Positions 20,924-29,916 of a stretch of DNA of 56,880 nucleotides are shown here, one piece after another. The position numbers and the translations under genes were made by a program. Below the pieces are notes generated by a model, which made no database searches, was not told the DNA's origin, and saw nothing but the letters and a program-made list of their open reading frames with translations. Within the stretch, counting starts at the first letter, position 1, and every line of letters begins with the position of its first letter. This stretch comes from a virus (taxonomy: Duplodnaviria; Caudoviricetes), in the IMG/VR virus record IMGVR_UViG_3300025676_000022, positions 1 through 56,880 of that record. One strand, given 5' to 3'.

Positions 20924-21652
20924 TTATAGCGGGTTAACTGTAGGGTTGATGTATTCTTCTAGTCTTCTATGTAATTTTTCTAGAATTACTACATCAGCCA
21001 CATTGTGTTCATATATCTTTTTTATAGACTTCTCGTCTCCCCATCTAGCTTGTGCCCAATATTTAGGCTCAACCCTTGTTTTTCCCTTTATATCAAAGAA
21101 TTCAGTTGCTGCCATTAATGACGAGCTATGAAGCTTTAACTTTGATTTTACAGGATAATACAAGTCTTTATGAGATTTTTGGTTGTGTAACGGAAAAAAT
21201 GTTCCGTGGTGTAAAGCTCTAGTCCTAATGAACGGAATATCAAAGTGTGTTCCATAGTAAGTATATATAACATCATACTTATTCATTTCATCTACTAATA
21301 GCTCTAATATTCTAGCATCTTGATTTTTGGACATAAGCTCTTCTCTTGTTATCCAAGCACCTTCTACCTTCTTATTACTTCTACCTTTTATACACCAAGA
21401 CAACATTATATCAATATTAGCACTAAAACCTGTTGATTCAATATCTAAATAACCAATAGTCATATCATGTCCAGTAGAATATCTTTCAGGCTTTCTTAAT
21501 CCTAAAGCTTCTATTTTTCTAGTAACTGCTTTGTATGTTCTATTATATCCCGCAATTCTAATCATTTGATATAATTCAAAAGCAGACTTATTTGTTCTTG
21601 AATATTTATCTAAAATTTCAAGTTCATCTTCTGTCCATCTATTTATTGACAC
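20924..21652 (-). CDS. RNase H-like DEDD exonuclease (PolB-exo/YprB-like) with N-terminal HTH
   Basis: YLDIEST, YGTHFDIPF, HKDLY, HNVADV; N-terminal RWTEDELEIL. Confidence 0.8.
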   Translation of the reverse strand: MSINRWTEDELEILDKYSRTNKSAFELYQMIRIAGYNRTYKAVTRKIEALGLRKPERYSTGHDMTIGYLDIESTGFSANIDIMLSWCIKGRSNKKVEGAWITREELMSKNQDARILELLVDEMNKYDVIYTYYGTHFDIPFIRTRALHHGTFFPLHNQKSHKDLYYPVKSKLKLHSSSLMAATEFFDIKGKTRVEPKYWAQARWGDEKSIKKIYEHNVADVVILEKLHRRLEEYINPTVNPL

Positions 21653-21786
21653 TATCTACCTCTCTTGGGAAATGCAGTAGAAAACAGTCGTCCGACCCCT
21701 CTTGCTACTCTATCCCAAAAAGACAACGATTTTTTCGCGTATGTTCTTTTTGTAGTCTTTGTGTTACTTTTCTTAGCTTTTGCCAT
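21652..21786 (-). CDS. 44-aa basic peptide (not in ORF track)
   Basis: MAKAKKSNTKTTKRTYAKKSLSFWDRVARGVGRLFSTAFPKRGR; coupled on both sides. Confidence 0.55.
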   Translation of the reverse strand: MAKAKKSNTKTTKRTYAKKSLSFWDRVARGVGRLFSTAFPKRGR

Positions 21787-22145
21787 TATTTACCCCATTT
21801 CTGGTTTTTGACTATTAACGCCATCACTGCATATACAGCAGTATCTAAAAACGCGTCTTCTATAGGCTCATTCTGTGCCTTGAAGTTATGTTTAGTTGAT
21901 AGGTTAACTAGTCGGTTTATCTTATCATTCAACCTTACTATAATACCTAATAAGGCTATATTGACTTCTTCCTCTGATTTTAATTGAGTTCCCATAGCAA
22001 TATTGCCAGGACCGTAGTCAAATTGTTTTTTACAAAATGTCATATACATAGTATTAAGTATCTTTTGAAATTCTTGTTCTGTTTCAGGAAAGTTATCTTT
22101 TATATGTAATACTACATTCTCAGCTGTTGTCTTTTTTTGTTCCAT
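21786..22145 (-). CDS. DUF1599 / nucleotide-modification-associated helical domain protein
   Basis: KKQFDYG...VRLNDKINRL...EPIEDAFLD...YAVMAL. Confidence 0.75.
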   Translation of the reverse strand: MEQKKTTAENVVLHIKDNFPETEQEFQKILNTMYMTFCKKQFDYGPGNIAMGTQLKSEEEVNIALLGIIVRLNDKINRLVNLSTKHNFKAQNEPIEDAFLDTAVYAVMALIVKNQKWGK

Positions 22146-22278
22146 GTTTTGGAAAATCCTCCATATCGGGTTTATCTTCTAATCGTCTTAATATATCTAC
22201 TTCTTGCTGTAATTTCTGAACTAGACTATAATTCTTCTCATTTTTTGCTTTTATGATTTTTTTTGTGATTTCTTCCAT
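22120..22278 (-). CDS. 52-aa protein with UVR-like helical hairpin (not in ORF track)
   Basis: MEEITKKIIKAKNEKNYSLVQKLQQEVDIL; fills the operon gap. Confidence 0.45.
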   Translation of the reverse strand: MEEITKKIIKAKNEKNYSLVQKLQQEVDILRRLEDKPDMEDFPKHGTKKDNS

Positions 22279-22559
22279 AAGAACTCTGCTACTCCCAGTT
22301 GAAACAATCCATTAGAGATTGCATCTATTTTACTCTCATCGTGCTCTAAGCCATAATTATAGAACAATGCGTGTAATATCTCATGCATCAATGTCTCTTT
22401 CTTTCTTGAATCATGGATATCTTTGTTAATAAGTATTAAATTCTCTTTTACTAGGTGTCTTCCGTATAATTCTTTACTACTGTCCTCATGTTCTAATGAT
22501 AGCTCTAATATACTATAATCATGACCACCTATGTGTAATCCCATTGTTTTTTCTTTCAT
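22251..22559 (-). CDS. HExxH zinc metallopeptidase-like protein (ImmA/IrrE-like)
   Basis: ILIN...ETLMHEILHA...HDE. Confidence 0.7.
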   Translation of the reverse strand: MKEKTMGLHIGGHDYSILELSLEHEDSSKELYGRHLVKENLILINKDIHDSRKKETLMHEILHALFYNYGLEHDESKIDAISNGLFQLGVAEFLWKKSQKKS

Positions 22560-22588
22560 AATACTCCCATATTGTTAATTGTGTATGC

Positions 22589-22618
22589 AAATTACATAAA
22601 AACTACTACACAAGTCAA
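22589..22618 (-). promoter_or_regulatory. leftward promoter TTGACT-N18-TAATTT driving the packaging/virion operon
   Basis: 30 nt upstream of the first minus-strand gene, which has a GGGAG SD. Confidence 0.65.
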
Positions 22619-22736
22619 ATAAAATATTACTTTTCTTTAAAAAAACGCACGACACGTCAATAACTCAATGTTCTTAGTACTCCATATTCTATATTTGGCT
22701 ACAAATACAAAAAAGGGTTAACAATAAAGAAATATA

Positions 22737-22766
22737 TTGACTCAAGTAAAGCAAACAGACTAACTT
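22737..22766 (+). promoter_or_regulatory. rightward promoter TTGACT-N18-TAACTT
   Basis: Fits the window-wide consensus; points into non-coding DNA. Confidence 0.45.
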
Positions 22767-22794
22767 TAACAGTCCGAAGGACGAAAAAAAACAC

Positions 22795-22943
22795 TAATGT
22801 TCGATGTTCAATAAATGCTTAAATTATTAAATCTTAATTTAAAATAATGTTCGATGCTCGGAGAGGGTGTTCCTAAAAAACAAATCGCAAAATTTTTGAA
22901 AGCCCCGAAATTTATATTATATACCATTATAACCCCGAAATTT
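22795..22943. repeat. paired direct repeats in the divergent control region
   Basis: TAATGTTCGATG at 22795 and 22845; CCCCGAAATTT at 22903 and 22933. Confidence 0.75.
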
Positions 22944-23191
22944 GCTACTTGGTTGAAAAATAGCAGGTTTTTGTGTGTCCCTTTTGTGTTTTAAAAAGCC
23001 GGCGGGGGTATTCCTAATTGGAAATTCCAAAAAAAGGTTGAAAATTTGGTTTTCTGATAACCTTCGTTAAATATTGTATATTCTCCGTCGCTATTTATTT
23101 TTATTTATTTGCATTATTTACTTGACTCTTAATATTGGCTCCCCTAATATCTATCATGACAGAAATAAACATAACAATGAAAGGACATACA

Positions 23192-23416
23192 ATGGAAACA
23201 AATAGTATAGATGATATAGTACGCATAGCAGAGAATAGGCCCGAGATTGATACAGAGAAGCGTATCATAATCAGAACCTTAGCCCAGTACAATGATGATG
23301 ATTACTATGAAATATACGAGACATCATATACGGATGATGGCAACTTAGTACTTGAGATTGTAAAATCTAACTCCCACTACGGCAAAAGAGTACAGGGTTG
23401 GAGAGAATCTAAATAA
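23192..23416 (+). CDS. early hypothetical protein
   Basis: GAAAGGA SD before METNSI. Confidence 0.65.
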   Translation: METNSIDDIVRIAENRPEIDTEKRIIIRTLAQYNDDDYYEIYETSYTDDGNLVLEIVKSNSHYGKRVQGWRESK

Positions 23417-23423
23417 CAATAAC

Positions 23424-23445
23424 GGCGGGGGCTTCGGCTCCCGTC
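23424..23445 (+). other. C(UUCG)G tetraloop hairpin between early genes
   Basis: GGCGGGGGC-TTCG-GCTCCCGTC, no U tract. Confidence 0.6.
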
Positions 23446-23463
23446 ACAACGAAAGGAAATACA

Positions 23464-23697
23464 ATGAATGAAATAATAATAATGGCTTTGATACTTAGTG
23501 TACTAATGAATATAGTACAGGCCATAAGTGCGGAATATAGCAATGGTTACAATAAAGGTATGAAGTATGCTAAGGACTGGGACGAGAGGGTTGAAGTCTT
23601 GGAAAATAGAGTTCATGAGATTGTTGAAAGTCACTGCGTAACTAACGACGACGTCCAGAGAATAAGAAATGATGTCTATTCTGAATTTATCAGATAG
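23464..23697 (+). CDS. early protein with N-terminal hydrophobic segment
   Basis: GAAAGGA SD; IIIMALILSVLMNIV. Confidence 0.65.
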   Translation: MNEIIIMALILSVLMNIVQAISAEYSNGYNKGMKYAKDWDERVEVLENRVHEIVESHCVTNDDVQRIRNDVYSEFIR

Positions 23698-23705
23698 TAA
23701 CCAAA

Positions 23706-23740
23706 GATACCCTGGGAGTAAAATCCTGGGGTATTTTTTT
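23706..23740 (+). terminator. intrinsic terminator
   Basis: ATACCCTGGGA...TCCTGGGGTAT stem followed by a T run. Confidence 0.75.
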
Positions 23741-23922
23741 GTATATAATAATAAAAAAAAGCAATGAGCTGTATCGCGAGATAAATAGTGACTGCCTTTA
23801 GAGCTAGACTATAAGTGACTTAGTCTAGCTCTAACCCCCGACGATACCCATTATACCGGCTAAATTATAGCCGGTATAGAGGAACCCCGCTAACGTCCTA
23901 AGAAAGCGGGGCTTTTGTTATA

Positions 23923-24279
23923 TTATACCTTCCTAGACTCAAAATTGTCCTTTAATTGGGGCAATGTTTCAGTCTCTTCTATTTCGCCGGTTTCGGCATT
24001 TTTAAGGGGCTTTGTAAAAACCATTTCGCCCTCGTGTTTACGAATTAGAGAATTTAACTCTTTCTCTCTTGATGAATCTTGAATTAATTCTAAGATTCTT
24101 TCGCCATCTTTTGCGACGGCTTTGTCGTTGCTTTGTGCCAACTTCGACGCGTTAGCAACAACGCGTCCTTCATTTGTTGCAGGAACTGAAACGGAGACAT
24201 TAAAGTCCTTCATTTCTTGGGCAGTTATACCTTTGGCTTTTAGTAATTCTGCTAATCCCTGCGTTATTTTGTTACTCAT
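23923..24279 (-). CDS. lone minus-strand hypothetical gene in the early region
   Basis: Protein-like composition from MSNKITQG; GC-rich hairpin at 23885-23910 downstream. Confidence 0.6.
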   Translation of the reverse strand: MSNKITQGLAELLKAKGITAQEMKDFNVSVSVPATNEGRVVANASKLAQSNDKAVAKDGERILELIQDSSREKELNSLIRKHEGEMVFTKPLKNAETGEIEETETLPQLKDNFESRKV

Positions 24280-24553
24280 ACCTATAAAATAGTCATTTCT
24301 AACATAAGGCACAAGGATTATTTTGTCTTTTATAATCTTTTTTTCTTTTTATATCCTGTGAGAATCCACCTGTAAGCTGGACTATAGCTGAAAGCTAGAC
24401 TTTCGCCTAGCTTTCAATCCTCCCCGACAAAATAGTTTAGGCTGGACAAAATAAACCCGAACGTCGCTTGTTATTGTCGTCAAAAAGTTGTATATTTTGC
24501 TATGCAAATAATTACATCTACAACGCATTTCAAAAACGACGAAAGGAAATAAT

Positions 24554-24970
24554 ATGTCGGAAACAATGAAAAAGACGATTACTGATAAATGTCCTTGTTG
24601 CAGTCAATTATGGACACGAGAAATCGACGTCCCGAAGCCAAAGGTAGGAATTGAGGTTTATGCAATAGAAGACAATAAAGGAAGGGTAGACGTTACCATA
24701 GAGCTTGTCCGTCCTAGGTATCAAGACAAAGCAGGAGACGTAGACGTATTCGAAAGCATGTCTAAAGCAGAGTCAGACGTAGTAATTGCCCTTTACGCTA
24801 ACAAGTATTTAAAGGACAATACAATATTAAGAGTCGATAGCAACTATATGGACAAATATGAGACACACAGCCGAAGACACGTTCTAGAAACGTCAAACGT
24901 AGAAAAAGGACTTAAAAGTCTACGCAAGGCAAAGAGACAATCAAGACGTAACAGACAGATTGACAGGTAA
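24554..24970 (+). CDS. early hypothetical protein
   Basis: GAAAGGA SD; CPCC motif. Confidence 0.7.
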   Translation: MSETMKKTITDKCPCCSQLWTREIDVPKPKVGIEVYAIEDNKGRVDVTIELVRPRYQDKAGDVDVFESMSKAESDVVIALYANKYLKDNTILRVDSNYMDKYETHSRRHVLETSNVEKGLKSLRKAKRQSRRNRQIDR

Positions 24971-25233
24971 TGTCTAACCCCACAAAACAGACAAAAGATT
25001 TGATTAAGACTTTGTATATAAACAATAAGCTAGACTCTATGATGTCTAGGAAAGAGAGCAGACATAATGTGTAAAAAATGTAACGATAATAAAAGCGTAG
25101 CATATTTAAACTACGTTAAAAATATAGTCAATTCTCAATTAGAAGACTATAATAACGGGTTAACAATAGACAAAAAGTCTTTAATTAATTTATTTATTAA
25201 AGCCGGTAATGTCTTAAAGGGAAAGGAAGACAA

Positions 25234-25431
25234 ATGATAAAAAGAGACGAAAATGGTAAGATTATAATAAGAGGTAAGAGAGTAAATTATAATCTCGGTA
25301 TTAACTTAGAGACTAGAACTCTTCTTAAGAACTTAATAACGTGGTGTGAGTGTGTAGACACTTGCGACAGGTTATATAATCTAGTCATAATGATTGAACG
25401 TAAACTAGAAGAAGAAAAGGAAGAAAAATGA
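25234..25431 (+). CDS. hypothetical protein
   Basis: GAAAGGA SD. Confidence 0.6.
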   Translation: MIKRDENGKIIIRGKRVNYNLGINLETRTLLKNLITWCECVDTCDRLYNLVIMIERKLEEEKEEK

Positions 25432-25649
25432 TAGATGAACAGATAAAAGAACGTAGACGTATAGTCAATGAATTAGGACGTATTAAAAGAGCGATATTAA
25501 ATGTAAGAGTAGACGCAAATATATTAGTCGCCGATTTAGAGATTAATAAGACGGAATGCGTAGAGATGGCTAACCTAATGACAAACGGATATGAATCATT
25601 AAACGACGGGTTAGAATGCTTACACCTTATAACGAGAGATAGACTATAA
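25428..25649 (+). CDS. hypothetical protein
   Basis: ATGA coupling. Confidence 0.55.
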   Translation: MIDEQIKERRRIVNELGRIKRAILNVRVDANILVADLEINKTECVEMANLMTNGYESLNDGLECLHLITRDRL

Positions 25650-25650
25650 A

Positions 25651-25866
25651 ATGATAGTAATGAAGAAAGATAATAAGGGACGACAAATTACGTTGTCCCT
25701 TTCTGAGCAAAGAAAGTTAGATTATAACAGACGTGCTTGGTTTTTAAGACGCAAGTATAAGAACTTGACAAGAGATTTATTTAACGTATGGCAACACAAT
25801 ACGAGAAGTTTTAACAATCAGTCTACTAGGATATTAACACTAGCTAGACGAGTAGGGACGAATTAA
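25651..25866 (+). CDS. hypothetical basic protein
   Basis: Adjacent in operon. Confidence 0.5.
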   Translation: MIVMKKDNKGRQITLSLSEQRKLDYNRRAWFLRRKYKNLTRDLFNVWQHNTRSFNNQSTRILTLARRVGTN

Positions 25867-26003
25867 TAGTGACAAGGCATAATTATTATCTAGGCTTTGT
25901 CGAGAGCATAGAGACGAAATCCTTTCTCGTCGATTATGACCTTGTCACGAAGACTTGTCGAAAGACAATTAATGTAACGATAACCAAAATAGGAGATTAG
26001 ACT

Positions 26004-27032
26004 ATGTGTGGAATATATGGAATAGCGAAATCACCGACACCTTATACTACGAAGCAATTAAATATTGTCAAAAAGGTATTAAGGGAAATTGCAATAGATA
26101 GCGAGACTAGAGGTAGTCAATCGTCAGGAATTGCAAGAGTCGGTAGTTCGACTAGGATTCACAAGTCACTATTGCCGTCTAGTAAATTTGTAGACACTTT
26201 GGAATATAACGAGTCTGTTAAGTCATTAAAAGACGATTCATTTATATTGCTAGGACATACGCGTTTTGCTACACAAGGAGCAATAGTCAAATCAAATGCA
26301 CACCCTTTCAGAGTAGGCGACGTCGTCGGTGCTCATAATGGCTGTGTTTACAATGTCAAAGAAATGGAGACTCAATTAGACAAACAATGTCCGGTAGACT
26401 CTCAATTGATATTTAAAGCAATTAACGACAACGACAACATACAAGAAGCAGTCAAAGATTTTGACTCAGACTTTGCGTTGTCTTTTGTCAAAGCAAATCC
26501 AATGGTATTATATCTATGTAGAGAAAGTAATAGACCTTTACACGTGGCATACATTCCGTCAATGAAGACGTTATTTTATGCTAGTGAATCGGAATTTATT
26601 GAGGACGCATTGACAATGAATAACATTGAAGCAGACGTATTTAGTTTAAATAAAAATACACTTTACACGTTTGACGTTAGTAAGTTTACTGACGAGAAAA
26701 TGAATGTAGTCAAAGAATCATTTAAATACGATTCTAGAGTATATCAATATCAGATTAACAAGTACCCAACACAAGTTCAGACGAATGCCTGGAGTCTTAC
26801 AGACGACGAATGGGAACCTATAGTTCCCCAGTCTATGATAGATAACGAGACATTACATCTATCACAAGTCTACGGAGGTAGACCGGAGGAGTGGTTTTGG
26901 GACGAAACACAGCAAGAGTGGTATTTTCTAGATAATGTCTCAGGCGAAATAAAGTCTGAAGAACAGATATCTGAAGAACAATACTACGACAGCTTAAAAT
27001 GGGAAGAGGAAGCTAATGCCACAGACAGATAG
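26004..27032 (+). CDS. class II (Ntn) glutamine amidotransferase
   Basis: N-terminal MCGIYG, RG...SG, GHTRFATQG, NAHPF, AHNG, VDS, FYASE. Confidence 0.92.
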   Translation: MCGIYGIAKSPTPYTTKQLNIVKKVLREIAIDSETRGSQSSGIARVGSSTRIHKSLLPSSKFVDTLEYNESVKSLKDDSFILLGHTRFATQGAIVKSNAHPFRVGDVVGAHNGCVYNVKEMETQLDKQCPVDSQLIFKAINDNDNIQEAVKDFDSDFALSFVKANPMVLYLCRESNRPLHVAYIPSMKTLFYASESEFIEDALTMNNIEADVFSLNKNTLYTFDVSKFTDEKMNVVKESFKYDSRVYQYQINKYPTQVQTNAWSLTDDEWEPIVPQSMIDNETLHLSQVYGGRPEEWFWDETQQEWYFLDNVSGEIKSEEQISEEQYYDSLKWEEEANATDR

Positions 27033-28752
27033 AGCTATTAACGAAGCGATAGAGTCTGAAATTGAGTGTTGTGCAGATTGTAGCACAGACATAACTACAG
27101 ACGAACCGGTTTATAATGCCGATAACGACGAAATATGTCAGAGTTGCGACGAGGATTACACAATGTGTAGAGAATGCGACGAAACAACCCATGTAGACAA
27201 TATCTATTGGGTTAATTCAGACCCTTATTGCGACGATTGTTATAGTGAGAACATATCTACTTGTTATGAATGTGGACATGAAGACACTCATGACAATTTT
27301 GTCTACGACGAAAATGAAGGAGAATATTATTGCGAAGATTGTTATCAACCATCTGACGATTATCCTTCATGGGACGTATATTCTAACGAATACGTTAAAA
27401 CTGCAGAGTCTTTTACTAGTCCTCGAAAAGACTACTACTCTAGAGACACATTTAAATTGATACCTTCTAAAAGATATATGGGAATTGAGATAGAGACTAA
27501 TTTCCATGAATATGTAGATGAAGGTAATTTGAGATTTGAATTAGATATGTCTATAGCACAAAGTAGATTAGAAGATAAATGTAATATAGACCATACTATA
27601 TTAGGAAGCAACAACCCTGAAGACAATAGGCATTTAGGTAGACTACATATTCCTGGAGACGGCTCCGTAAGAAGAGGAGAGCATGAGTATGGGACAGAAG
27701 TAGTTATGCAACCTAGACGAGGCGATATCCTTCATAAGGACGTTCAGACGATATGTGATGTATTGAAGCATGCGAATGGTGCCTACGTAAGTAGACATTG
27801 TGGTATGCATTTACATATAGACTGCAGAGATTATGACTGGTATCATTTTTCTGTCTTAACTTTACTAGTTAAGTTGATAGAGCCTCACGTCTATATGTGG
27901 GTTCCTCCTTCTAGATTAAATGGTAGGTGGTGTAAGCCTGTCAGTCAGTCGCTTAACGACTTCTCTTATATTACAAGTAGAGATGCATTCGTCGATTTTT
28001 GGTATGACAATGGTTCTTTTACTAACGACAAATATAACGACAAGCGTTATCATGGATTTAATCTCCATTCTCATTTTCAGGCTAATCAAGGTATAGAGAT
28101 AAGATACCACGCAGGGACATTGAACCCCGAAAAAATGCGACACTGGTCTATATTTTGGTCTAATGTCGTAGACACTGCTTATGAAATAGGGCAGAGTATG
28201 CGTGACGAGTTTGCATACGACCCAAACCTTAATCAGTCTAGAATGTTTAAATCGTTGTATAATAGAGCGATTGACAAAAAGGTAAGAGAGATGGAATCTA
28301 ATAATACCTATGCTAGAGATTCTGTGTCGATTAAGGGTTATATGACAGATAGTGAGAAAATGCGACGTTATCTTAGATTGCCAAAAAGAGATAAACCTTA
28401 TCTATTGCAACCTATGTTGAATCATGTGAGAACAAGACCACAACAAGCAGTAATGTCTATTAGTAATATATTTGACACTTTCAACATACCTGACGAAACT
28501 GCAGAATTTATGAAGTCTCGTATGGTTGAGATAAACGCAGATAAAGAACATATAGACAAGTGTTTTGACAATAGAACAAGCATAGTAGAGTTTGACAAAA
28601 AGACAATGTCATTCAAATACGTAGATAGCTTAGGTAGTCAGTTTCCTTTAATAGACTATCCATTAATATCTAGCACATATTATGCAAGTGAACTTGGAAG
28701 TCTATTTGACGTTCATGGTAGAAACAGGGAATTACTCCAGTATACCTTGTAG
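27016..28752 (+). CDS. amidoligase (COOH-NH2 ligase type 2) with N-terminal CxxC repeats
   Basis: GIEIET, DGSV, EVV, CGMHLHI, RYHGFN, IEIRYHAGT; six CxxC pairs at the N-terminus. Confidence 0.88.
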   Translation: MPQTDRAINEAIESEIECCADCSTDITTDEPVYNADNDEICQSCDEDYTMCRECDETTHVDNIYWVNSDPYCDDCYSENISTCYECGHEDTHDNFVYDENEGEYYCEDCYQPSDDYPSWDVYSNEYVKTAESFTSPRKDYYSRDTFKLIPSKRYMGIEIETNFHEYVDEGNLRFELDMSIAQSRLEDKCNIDHTILGSNNPEDNRHLGRLHIPGDGSVRRGEHEYGTEVVMQPRRGDILHKDVQTICDVLKHANGAYVSRHCGMHLHIDCRDYDWYHFSVLTLLVKLIEPHVYMWVPPSRLNGRWCKPVSQSLNDFSYITSRDAFVDFWYDNGSFTNDKYNDKRYHGFNLHSHFQANQGIEIRYHAGTLNPEKMRHWSIFWSNVVDTAYEIGQSMRDEFAYDPNLNQSRMFKSLYNRAIDKKVREMESNNTYARDSVSIKGYMTDSEKMRRYLRLPKRDKPYLLQPMLNHVRTRPQQAVMSISNIFDTFNIPDETAEFMKSRMVEINADKEHIDKCFDNRTSIVEFDKKTMSFKYVDSLGSQFPLIDYPLISSTYYASELGSLFDVHGRNRELLQYTL

Positions 28753-28763
28753 CATAAAAAGAG

Positions 28764-28811
28764 AATAGCAGGTAGAATCGACATTTTTATCGGTTTTGTC
28801 TGCTATTTTTT
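28764..28811 (+). terminator. intrinsic terminator after amidoligase
   Basis: AATAGCAGG...TCTGCTATT stem plus T run. Confidence 0.65.
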
Positions 28812-28839
28812 GGATTTATTTTTATAATATTATTATAGT
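28810..28839 (+). promoter_or_regulatory. promoter TTGGAT-N18-TATAGT
   Basis: Directly after the terminator; 18-nt spacer like the others. Confidence 0.45.
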
Positions 28840-28981
28840 AGCTCAATGACAGCTCGACTAGAAAGGACAAAATAATTGACAAATGACAATAAAAAGCTTG
28901 GATTTTATGTATATAATATGTATTATCTTAAGAATATGAAACTAGTGGTGGATAAATATAAACAATTAAAAACTATTATAA

Positions 28982-29059
28982 GGATAGTTGCGGGTATTGA
29001 ACCCCGCCTTTCCCTAATATTTAATTGCGAATATAATCGGTTGGCAAACCTATCCACCA
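28982..29059 (+). ncRNA. candidate tRNA-like structured RNA ending in ACCA
   Basis: GGATAG pairs with CTATCC followed by ACCA; internal GCGGG/CCCGC and ATATT/AATAT hairpins; no canonical T-loop. Confidence 0.3.
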
Positions 29060-29077
29060 CTTTAACCGGAGAAAATA

Positions 29078-29407
29078 ATGAATAAGAAATATAAAGTAAG
29101 AGTAAGCATTCCAGTAGAATATGACATTTCAGATTTAATGACTAGTTTTGAGACTACTGTAGATGTAGAGGCAGAGAATAATGAAGACGCAGTAAATTAC
29201 GCAATAAGAGAATTTAATGAAAACTACGATTTAGATTCTATATATGACGAAATATACGACGAAGTTAAGAGTAACTTACTAGTGTGGCTAGACGGAGATT
29301 ATAACTGCGACACTTATGACGACGACTACTACTTTGCAGAAGAACAACAACCTAGACCTTTTCCAGGAATGGAAGGCAAGGGAATAGACGGAGGCAGTAA
29401 TGAGTAA
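29078..29407 (+). CDS. acidic hypothetical protein
   Basis: GGAG SD; YKVRV...VDVEAENNEDAVNYA pattern common in small phage early proteins. Confidence 0.7.
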   Translation: MNKKYKVRVSIPVEYDISDLMTSFETTVDVEAENNEDAVNYAIREFNENYDLDSIYDEIYDEVKSNLLVWLDGDYNCDTYDDDYYFAEEQQPRPFPGMEGKGIDGGSNE

Positions 29408-29597
29408 GAAAATAACATCAGGATACTTAAGAAATAACGCAGAGCTAAGTGGAGTCTTTGTAATGTTAGACGGAGTAGAGTATCAAGTAAATACAAGCGA
29501 GTTAGACTTAAGTCATATTATAGAAGATATAAGTATGGCAGGAGACGACAATGATATGTCGGAGTATCTTTATAAAATGGAGGTGAGTAATGAGTAA
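29400..29597 (+). CDS. hypothetical protein
   Basis: GGAGG SD, coupled. Confidence 0.65.
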   Translation: MSKKITSGYLRNNAELSGVFVMLDGVEYQVNTSELDLSHIIEDISMAGDDNDMSEYLYKMEVSNE

Positions 29598-29916
29598 AGA
29601 AGCAATAAGATTACAGAGACAAGTAGTAAATGCGACATCAAAACTACATAGTCTAGGATTTAGAATAAAATGCACATACATACCAGGTGCAGGTTGGGCG
29701 TCGGAGCTAGTTGATAACAACACTGGAGAAAACCACGAACTAGACGAACATAGTAAACCTAAATTTCAAGACGACTACCAAGCTAAGTTAGACGCAGAGC
29801 AAGAGAAGAATAACGACTATGCTCTAGACAATATGACTTGCGACGATGAAATGGTAATTGATGATGTTGGTCAGATGTATGACCCGACAGAAAGACTAAA
29901 AATGGAGGAAGAATGA
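29590..29916 (+). CDS. hypothetical protein
   Basis: GGAGG SD, coupled. Confidence 0.65.
   Translation: MSKEAIRLQRQVVNATSKLHSLGFRIKCTYIPGAGWASELVDNNTGENHELDEHSKPKFQDDYQAKLDAEQEKNNDYALDNMTCDDEMVIDDVGQMYDPTERLKMEEE

Noticed and set aside
22795-22943. CRISPR mini-array, given the Cas4-like gene
   Set aside because: Repeats are only 11-12 nt in two copies each. The Cas4-like nuclease sits in a standard phage exonuclease-annealase-SSB module.
28982-29059. Canonical tRNA gene
   Set aside because: No proper T-loop or anticodon arm on the CCA-bearing strand; kept only as a tRNA-like candidate.
28876-29085. 69-aa ORF
   Set aside because: TTG start, runs through promoter-like AT-rich DNA and the structured element; weak coding signal, though a GAAAGGA precedes it, so not fully excluded.
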